Assembly (NCBI GenBank): GCA_024704765.1
Contig: JAKMXF010000066.1
Location: 496,001-560,000, forward strand
Length of the DNA: 64,000 bases
Origin: Oopsacas minuta
Lineage: Eukaryota; Animalia; Porifera
Reading direction: 5' to 3'
Position 1 is the stretch's first letter, and the number at the start of each line of letters is the position of its first letter. Below the pieces are notes generated by a model, which was given only the letters and a program-made list of their open reading frames with translations, had not been told where the DNA came from and ran no database searches. Positions 55,041 through 64,000 of the stretch are shown here, in pieces. The translations under genes and the position numbers were made by a program.

Positions 55041-57495
55041 ATGGTAGAAGATACAGAGGAAGATATTTATGGATTTCTACATACAAAGTGGAGTTACACA
55101 AAAATCGAGAAAGCTAAATTAGATATTTCTCTAAGAAAAACAAAAAAATTCTCTTTACAAGAAACAGTGAGATTGACTTCTAATATTAAGCATTATTTGG
55201 ATTTGAATAACCTAAGTTACCCTGAAGATATAAAGCACTTCATAGATCCTCGTAAAAGACTGAGAAATGCCAATTTCTATAGAAGTATATCAAATGGTAA
55301 GAAGGCATTTATAGCTTGCTCTAATATATACAGACAACTTCCGTTATATTGAAGCTCAAGGGACAGTGATAATTGCTTCGATAAAAGCGGAGTTCGATAT
55401 AACCAATGAATTATATACTATTTTCAAGGTTTGGAACATATTTGTACAATTTAGCACTTCGATATATCCGTATTCTATCGGAGGGAGTTGACTGTACTTA
55501 TATTATCAGTTTATCGTACCATTTCATTAGGTATATGTCGTACTCTATACAGTATTTACAGACATGTACACAGACACTACAGCTATTTACTGTATCAGCG
55601 AGGCAGTTGGGATAGAGAGGAAGAGATTAAACTGCTGGAACTTCTCAAGGCGCATAAAGGAAATTGGAATGCTATAGGAGAGAGCTTAGGACGTAGTAGA
55701 ATAGATTGTATTGATAAGGTTTCTTCTTCTTCCCTTGGATGTGGTACTGTTGGAAAGTGGGGACCTGTAGAGACCGGGAGACTCATGGAATCTGTGTGTT
55801 ATCAGTTAAGAGAGAAAGGTATGTTACACTATAGTGGAGTTCGCCTATCACCAAGTTGTATTTGCACGAATTTCCTTTACTAATACAGTAGGTCCTCTCT
55901 AATTGTCCGCTTCGGAGTTCGGGAACACTACTGTACACATTATGTACAGAGAAATATTAAAATAATCCTCCAGTGAGCGCAATGCTTTGAGTCAGCGAAA
56001 ACTGATTTCTACTGCAATATCCTTTCATATGATCACTACGTACACTATTTAAGCTATAGAATATGGAAGTAAACATTTTTCTATAATAATAAGTAATACA
56101 GAGATTACATGAATAATGTAATGCCATTGTATTCGCTGTATTTCTAATTGACAACTCTAAATAAGATATTTCATTGAAATTAGTCACAGTTTGTGAGTTG
56201 AAACCCTTATTCAGCTGATATGAACTGATATTTGTGTCTAAGAACTGAACTAGCCTGACTTACCTGATCCAGTGATTTAGCCATCCAACGCGATTTTCCT
56301 ATTTTTCCTAAGATTATTAGAAATACACTTATCTATGCAGTACACATAAGGATGTGTGTAAAATGCTTATACAGTGTATCTTGTCTATCATGTGGGCTAA
56401 CTGATAATAAAATTCCTAGTATTATTGTTAATTTCAAATAAATTAAGTAAGATCTACTCCAGTTATATCAAACATCAAGGGACCGCGATAAATTACCGAT
56501 ATAACCAATGAAACTTATGTTACCCTGAAGGTTTGGGTCATATTTATACAATATAAGTCGAGATATCCGTGTTTGATATAACAGGAGTTGTATCTGGCAA
56601 TCGTATAGGGATTGAGGGTAAGCTAGAAGAACCAGTACTAATAGAAAACAAAGAAAAAGAGGTAACTATTTCTTCTCAGATCAACTGGAACCTAACTTCC
56701 ACACACGTGGGTACTCGTACCAGACACCAATGCCTCTCTAAATGGGCTAATTCTCTCTCCACTGATGTTGATAACCCCACTAAAATATGGGTAACTACTG
56801 ATGATATTACACTGATAGAGATTATATTGAGTATGAAAATTAGAGATGAATATAATGTTAACTGGTTAGAAGTGTTAAAACAAGGGAAATGGAAAGGTTA
56901 GTTATAATTTATTTTGCTTGAATTTGCTACGAATTAGCATACTCAGCTGTTTTATATTTATTTGCTTACTAACTTGAAAGTATCATTGATTTTCTAATTA
57001 TCACATTGTAAACTTTAATTCCCTATTCCAATATTGTTTTTGTCTCGTATGTGTGCAAATTGGACATTATTCTGGTAAATTTACATTCACATACAGTGAG
57101 ATCTCGGGACTCCCGGCTTCATTTAGTCATAAGCGGAATTTTGCTTGAACTTTCAAGCTCTAGGGAGTAAAAAATCACTTCGTTATGATGGGAGTTTGTT
57201 ATTTCCGACTTCGTTATGACAGAAGTTTACGGTATTTCCCACAGGTCGCACATCTTCCTGGATACAATCAAAATGGAGTAGACTAGTTCACTGTATCCCT
57301 GGTTATAAAGTGAAATATTTCTATCAGAAATGTGCATTCCTGAGACAATACACTCTACCAGCTCTCAAGAAATCTCTGGAGAGGTTTCAACACAATGATA
57401 TTACAGATACTATATGTACTCAGGAAGATTTACTCAGTAGTAATAGAGGCTCACAAGATATTAATTGTACAGATTCTATTAATGATCCTACTTGA
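55041..57495 (+). CDS. Myb-repeat protein of the TTF1/DMTF1 (Reb1-like) family, multi-exon
   Basis: FYRSISNG|GICRTLYSIYRHV, GSWDREEE..L..GNWNAIGESLGRS, GKW..ETGRL, INWNLTSTHVGTRTRHQCLSKW, QSKWSRL. Confidence 0.8.
55331..55494. mobile_element. MITE family A in Myb-gene intron
   Basis: ta|cagacaacttccgttatattgaag ... ggagggagttgactg|ta. Confidence 0.85.
55832..55933. mobile_element. Composite: left half of family-B MITE followed by a 48-bp TA-flanked TIR element (55886-55933)
   Basis: tagtggagttcgcctatc...gcacgaatttcc, then ta|cagtaggtcc...gggaacactactg|ta. Confidence 0.6.
56450..56596. mobile_element. Degenerate MITE family A in Myb-gene intron
   Basis: actccagttatatcaaac..gggaccgcgata ... 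gatataacaggagttg. Confidence 0.65.
57094..57232. mobile_element. Degenerate MITE (family-D-like) in Myb-gene intron
   Basis: ta|cagtgagatctcg ... cgttatgacagaagtttacgg|ta. Confidence 0.5.
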
Positions 57496-57626
57496 AATAC
57501 ATTTCTTTATATGTTTAAACCAGGGATTGTTTTATAAATTTATAAACTTATCACATTAGAAATTAATGGAACTTTTAACATCACAAATCAGTTTATATTA
57601 GAATATAATCATTACACAGTGAGTGA

Positions 57627-60085
57627 ATGGCAGGATTGGATAAAGTGAGTATTACTAATATCTAAACGAGGACTTTCCTTCTCTGCAAAATTGTTTTTTC
57701 TAGAATTCTGAATTGGATTTGACAGATCAATCATTGAAAGTTGAGATTTCTGATGCATTGAGTGAACAAGAAAAAGTCAAATTCACAATACACACTAAGG
57801 TTATTTAATGTAATAAACAGCTGATGAGTTATTCTTATCTATAACTATACATCTAGACAACATTAAAGGAATTTAAAAAGCCAGATTTTACAGTAATTCG
57901 AGATCATGATGAGTTTATCTGGTTACACGAGGCATTCCTGGAGGACCAAACTCTACAAGGATTTCTTGTAAGGACTATTTAGTATACAAATCCTGTATCA
58001 ATTATATTATATAATTATTTAACAGATACCTCCCCCTCCTCCTATTCCTGACTTTGAAGAACCAAGATACAAACTACAAAGATTAAGCGAGAGTAAGGAT
58101 AATATATGTTACGTTAGTTCAGCGGTTACCTAACTTTTTAGGTTGGGAACCGCTGAGATAGTTGTTGACATCTGTAATTTATATAGAATTTTGATAATTT
58201 AATTGTAGATGAGGCTACATACACCAAAGAGGAGAAGCATACATTTAAAGCAGAAATTGAAGCGTGAGTTCATTATTTATTTAAAATACTTGTATTTTAC
58301 TTAACAAATCTTAATCTCTGCAGGGAATATTTGGCTCTTTTCAAACGGACAGTGTCCCTACATGAAATGTTCCTTCAGAGGTTAGCAGCTCACCCTAAAC
58401 TCAGGAATGATCATAACTTCCATGTATTTCTTGAATTTGATAAAGAGGTGAAGTACAGCTATTTTATTTGATATTTCCAAACTTTGAAACATTATTTTCA
58501 TTACGTATTTCCCTGATTATAAGTAAATTACAGATTCTTTGTTTGAGTATAGTTATCATTACGGAATAAGAACACTAGAGAGAGGATTAATACTATCGTA
58601 AAAGGATTTTCGAAGTCATTTGATGAGAATGTTAAATTCAGAGATCACAAGGTTAGTTCATTTCTTATCACAGAGAACTAACAATATTTGTTTGTATTAG
58701 CTAATATGGGAGTTCATTCCTTTTATTAGGATGTTGATTCTGATTTTGAACAAGAGAAGACATTCTACAGTAAATATCATAACAAGTCAGTTATTATCAT
58801 TTACTTATATTAATATTATAGAGTATTATAATTTTTACTGTGCTCTCTCTCTAGTTTGGTTATATCTTCACGCAGTGCAAGAAAACTATCCAATTCCCAT
58901 TGTTCTGTAGCCATTGCTATTCTGCACGTGGCTAATAATCTCAAAGCACTGAGCACTATGGAATACACAGACTGTAACAGGTATTTCTTATACGTATACG
59001 TATATTACTAACTTCACGTGTTTGTTATATACGCTATTTAGAACTTTCCAGAAAGCAGGAGAAACACTAGAGAAAATAAGAGTAAGTATATGGAATTAAT
59101 TAGAGAATGTATACAGGTTACATTCATGCATTCATAACGTTACACTATTCTCTCATAATTATGGGAAAAAAATTCAGCAATTCTGGTTGTTGCTAATTAT
59201 ATAACGTTATTACCAAGACTAATACAGTATAAGCATTTCTCGCTTATAGAAACTAGAACATAGAGCTGGATCAGATGAGGAATTGAAACTCGCCGATTTT
59301 CTCTCCTACTATGCTGCAGAATGTCAAGCAGCTCTTGACCTGTTACTCAGGAGAACAAGAGCATTTGCTTATGTTGAGAAGTCTAGCAAAGCTCTAGAAG
59401 GAGCTAGAGCTAAGAACAAAGCTATTGAAGCGGTATTGCTAATCTTGTTTGTAAATGTTATTGTTTGACAGATTGTGATTATATTTTTCTTTATAGTCTG
59501 AAGCGATTAGATTGAAATCAGCTGAGGTATTCGAGACTATATCAGAAAATGCAAAAAAAGGTACAGTCAACTCGCATTATATCGAAGTCTGATTAATTAT
59601 ACAAATATAGTTCCAAACTGTCAAAGTAACCTAAATTCCGCGATAATATCGAAGTAAATATTGATGATTGTTAAAATGATAAATTTATATTCTTAGAATT
59701 GGCGGAATCAACTGACAGAAGAATTGAAGCTTATAGAAAATATTTGGTAAAGTTGATATTATCCATTGTTTATTATTATTATTATAGTAGAACTCGGATT
59801 AAACATACGCATACCCCCTCTAGAAACAAAAATAGTACGTATTAACTAATTAACCGAATTTCTTCCTATACAATTAGTATGAGAATAGAAACTAACAGAG
59901 TTCTATCATAGAATTTATGTATATATGTTTACCAATGTAGGGAGAGTTAGCAGAACTACAAATCAAACATGCAAAGGTGTGAAGATTATTTTCAACATGC
60001 AATCACATTCTATCTGACAAATTTGTTTATTTAGGCTGAAGTTAAAATTCTAAAAGAGTGTTTACAAACATGTGAAGATTTATAA
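57627..60085 (+). CDS. SNX6: Sorting nexin 5/6 (PX-BAR), many short exons
   Basis: [79 protein letters not shown]; stop taa 60083-60085. SNX5 versus SNX6 is not distinguishable. Confidence 0.9.
58120..58155. mobile_element. 36-bp hAT-type element reduced to two TIRs, in SNX intron
   Basis: cagcggttacctaact-tttt-aggttgggaaccgctg; flanks cgttagtt / agatagtt (6/8 match, degenerate 8-bp TSD). Confidence 0.7.
59564..59670. mobile_element. Truncated MITE family A inserted at the TA of a splice donor in the SNX gene
   Basis: exon..aaaag|gta-cagtcaactcgcattatatcgaag; the element starts at intron +4. Confidence 0.75.
59785..59908. mobile_element. Degenerate MITE family C in SNX intron
   Basis: ta|tagtagaactcggattaaaca ... 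gagttctatca|ta. Confidence 0.6.
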
Positions 60086-60942
60086 TATGAGATTATCAGA
60101 ATGTGATTAAAGAGATGGAGAAGAGACGTTATGTATATTAATGTAGTATTATTAATTTGTAGTATATCAGTATACGATAAGTAATAATAGAATGAATTAT
60201 CTATTGTTTGTTAGATTATGTATCTCTTGAGAAAAATCTAATATATATTATACATAATTATAGTGTATGCGTTAAAACGGAACATTGTGTTACCTTATTT
60301 GACGATTAGATTTCAGTATTGGAGTGATTCTTCAATTATTGAAAGGAATCCTACTATACAATATCCATAGTCTTAACATTCCATGTAGACTAAACAAATC
60401 ACCGAACTTATAAATTCAGAAGCTTTATTCTCAAAGTTATGATATAGATATTTCATGAATACTAATTGTCTAATTTACATATTCTATGATTGAGAGAGAG
60501 ACAAGAGAATAATAAAGGTAATCATATTTGAATTCAAAGCTATTTGTTGTTAGATTTACAGACATTACGGTTGATTGCAACATTGAATATTTTCAAAATT
60601 AATTATGGACACCTCACGAATTTGGACAAATTTATTTGCCAACTTGACAGAACTTTATATCAAAGTCAACACTTCCTAAGCAGATTTATATTCCAGCTCT
60701 AATATCTAATTTTACCTACGAATTGATCAGTGATTTCTTGGTATCCATTTTCATTTCTATACTTATCTATGCTACAAACAAATTTACTCGTATATATATA
60801 TATATATACATAGAGGTAAATAGTGCATATATTTGTATTGAAAATCATTGCTCGCTTCGCCGATTTATTAATAATAAAAATCTTTTTCCTCAAAAACAAT
60901 TTACAAATCTCATAATTTATAGAAATAAAGTTTAGAAGTAGA

Positions 60943-63900
60943 ATGGGTAATACAAATGGTACTTGTAATCTGCAAGAAGATATTGAAAGAATTACAGATG
61001 GATCACTACAAGCACATCTAAGGGAGATGTGCAGATGCCCTCAGGGGGGTACTTTCCTCCGAGATTATGCACAAACCCTGTTTACATTTAATTACACACA
61101 GCCCTGTGGAGGTGGAGTATGCAACCAAACGGATATCGATAACATAATGGGAATTAACGATCAAGTTTTGAGCTATGAAGTTACAACTGACAACTCTTCT
61201 CTATTGTATACTGCTAGCAATTTGTTTCCAATATGCTACGAGACATTTACTGGAAAACCTAATCAGGGGGTGGAAGCTCCGTTCTTGATATTTGTAGCTG
61301 CTCTCGTATATCTACTAGTCCTGCTGTACATGTTCGTAGGTGTAGCACTGATTGCTGACAGATTCATGGCATCAATTGAGGTAAGTACATACAGTATAAC
61401 TGGAAAACAGGTAGCCTCTCGGGAAACGAAAATTATGACGTACTATCCAAGTTTGTCTTATCCGAATACTGATGTTATAAATGCACCGGAAATTTGGTTT
61501 GAAAGAAGTACAGTGAAATAATTCCTCTATTGCAAGTGGAATATTGCAAAACACGACTTGCAAAAATAGGCAAAACGTATCAACCAAGTGTTCCGAGTTC
61601 TACAGTGCAGTAATTATTACTAATATATTATTGAAACCTTCCTAAAAGGAAACATCTGCAAATCTGCAAATTGTTATTCTAATTCTAATTTATTGTAATT
61701 TTGGAAGTTAGCAGAAGTTTGCTAGATATGAATCATCCAGTCAATCACCAATTACTTCCCTAATTTAGCAACTATTTTACAGTACAACACATTCGTATTT
61801 GTACTTCTAGCAATAATTGCTTCTTCCACTGTTTCAGTACTGCTAAATAATATTGCTATATCTGGAGAGAATTGTATGGTCGATTTAAAATTAGAATATG
61901 AGTGAATAGATTTGAACAAAAGATAATTCATGTGATTTCATTATGAAATAATCAGGCTCCATAGAAATTAACTAGGTGATTTGACGTCATATTCGTGTGA
62001 TTAATAGAGCGGAATTATATACCTTTGTTTAATAGGTTATAACCTCAGTAACACGAAAGGTTGAACTACCAAAAACTAAGCAAGTGATAGAAGTACGTGT
62101 TTGGAATGATACTGTTTCAAATTTGACACTGATGGCTCTCGGAAGCTCAGCTCCGGAAATTCTCCTCTCCCTGATTGAGCTTGTTAGCACAGCTCCTGAT
62201 TTCCTCGCTGGTTCCCTTGGTCCCAGCACTATAGTTGGATCAGCTGCTTTCAATCTATTGATAATATCAGCTGTTATCGTCTCGTGTATCCCTAAAGGGG
62301 AAGTAAGGAAGATACGAGGATTACTGGTGTTTGCTATTACTGCATTCTTCTCAATATTTGCATACCTTTGGTTGCTCATTATTCTGCTGGTAAGCACGTA
62401 ATAGAACTACAATTTGACAAACAATAAAATTAGTGAAGAGTACTCGCTTTTATGGATTTGCAACAGTATTTCATTCAAGAATGTATTTTCACGATTTCTT
62501 TTCTATTATATTAGGGATTCTCTCCCAATGTGATAGAAATATGGGAGGCATTAGTTACATTAATGTTCTTCCCTCTCCTGGTGGTAATTGCTTACTTAAT
62601 GGACAAGAAATTCTTCCTTTATCACTGCGTTAAGAGCATCAAGAAAGATAACCTTATCCTTAAGCTACAGTCTGGTATTATGGGTAGAGGAGATGTGTCT
62701 CATGGTGTTGTACGGGCTACTAAGGCTGCCATTCTTGAAGAGGTTAGTTGAGACTGAATAGAATTAACATTAATTATATTAATACAGTCAACTTCGGTTA
62801 TATCGAAGCTCAAGGGACCGCTGTAATTACGTCGATGTAACCGGTGAAATATATTACTTTGACGGTTTGGGAACATATTTGTACAACGTCAGACTATATG
62901 ACGGTAGTTGACTGTAATGACACTATTCTATTTGAATTTTAAAACTTGCTTAATCATTCTGAAATTTCCCAGTCATCCTCTCGTGTGAGAGGATGACTAT
63001 AACAAATGTTAATTCATTAGCAAATAATCATATTAACTTTATCAATATTATACATCTCTTAGAACTTTTCAGAATCTGATGTTGTTTTGAAGAAAATCAA
63101 TAAACCTGTAAGTTATTTCTAATAATCCAACAAAATTCAATTTCTCTATTCAGAGTAAGGTATTCATGCGCAGGGACATATTTTGTATACAAATGTCTCA
63201 ATACAGAATTGCCTATTACATAGCATCGGTTGTGTAATTATTTCAGTAATCTCTCAAAATGTAAACAGTGGTGTTTACCTATTAGCAAGTTTTTCAGAGT
63301 CCATTTTGTATTGGAAATAATTCCTTCGCTTATTAGCAAGGAAATTCATGCAAATACGACTTGCTAATAGGCGAACTCCACTGTATCTACATATTGCTAT
63401 AATACATTATTTTGTTTCTAGATACAGTCTACAGATATTGTAAAGGATGACGAGGTTCCTCCTGAAACTCAGAGACTTGTATCTCAGGATGATACTCATC
63501 TTGAGCAACAGTTAGAGAAGTTATTATTACATCGTGTAAAGATGGAGTTAAAACATAATGCTCCTGATAACGATAGTGATGAGATGGATCCTGATGCTCA
63601 ACAGGTTTGCATATTTCATACTTACCAATTTTCACTGCCAAACCCCTGTATTTCACATGATTCCACGTATTCAAAGTTATTAAGAAATACAGCGAAAATA
63701 GAAAGATTTTCCTGAGATTTTCAAAATATTGGCTTGGATAAGAAATGAATCCCGAATAATACATACATACTTTATTATATTTATTCATAATAGCGGATTG
63801 CAGAAACTCTCTCTCACAAGCTATACGGAACATCTCGTGCTGCTTACAGAGTAAATGCTACTAGATTCTTAACTGGAGGAAAGCGTGTTATTAGAACTAA

Positions 63901-64000
63901 TCCATCTACAGATACTGGAGGAATTAAAATGAAGAATCTTGACACTAAATTTAGTCTTACTGAAGGACATACTGGCATAGGATTCTCTCTTGTTGAGGTC
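60943..64000 (+). CDS. SLC8A: Plasma-membrane Na+/Ca2+ exchanger (NCX), multi-exon, runs off the window end
   Basis: YMFVGVALIADRFMASIE|VIT..VRVWNDTVSNLTLMALGSSAPEILLS..LGPSTIVGSAAFN..WEALVTLMFFP; later exon with ANSLSQAIRNISRAAYRVNATRFLTGGKRV. Confidence 0.93.
61392..61605. mobile_element. Degenerate MITE family C in NCX intron 1
   Basis: ta|cagtataactgg..cttatccgaa ... ttccgagttctacag. Confidence 0.5.
62785..62914. mobile_element. MITE family A in NCX intron
   Basis: ta|cagtcaacttcggttatatcgaagc ... acggtagttgactg|ta. Confidence 0.85.
63266..63383. mobile_element. MITE family B in NCX intron
   Basis: cagtggtgtttacctattagcaag ... cttgctaataggcgaactccactg|ta. Confidence 0.85.

Overview
AT-rich, gene-dense eukaryotic (animal) genomic DNA with GT-AG introns. 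It is not prokaryotic, so the track's GTG/TTG starts are mostly not real starts. The compactness, many intronless genes and expanded NHL/7TM families resemble a sponge, possibly a glass sponge; this is inference only. About 28 protein-coding loci are visible. Conserved genes include RNF10, WDR92/DNAAF10, NCLX/SLC8B1, JTB, FAAH2-like, WSCD-like sulfotransferase, ARPC3, TEX49-like, TTF1/DMTF1-like Myb, SNX5/6 and a truncated SLC8A/NCX. Lineage-type genes include NHL, LRR-EGF, 7TM and adhesion-GPCR proteins. About 30 short TIR elements (MITEs of several families) are present, mostly inside introns. The most unusual items are: (1) a 2.3k-aa intronless P-loop + cellular RdRP + Upf1-like helicase fusion whose RdRP DxDGD motif has decayed to SLGED, with helicase motifs also altered; (2) a 43 x 21-bp array with a single binary variable site, framed by an exact 165-bp direct duplication that itself holds an inverted near-copy of the unit; (3) four dispersed tiny Maf/CNC-like bZIP genes that all replace the invariant Asn and shorten the basic-to-zipper spacing by 2 residues; (4) a single-MBT reader fused to an LRRC58-like BC-box/Cys tail. 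No rRNA, tRNA or CRISPR array was recognised. All family assignments come from motif recognition by eye; no database searches were run.
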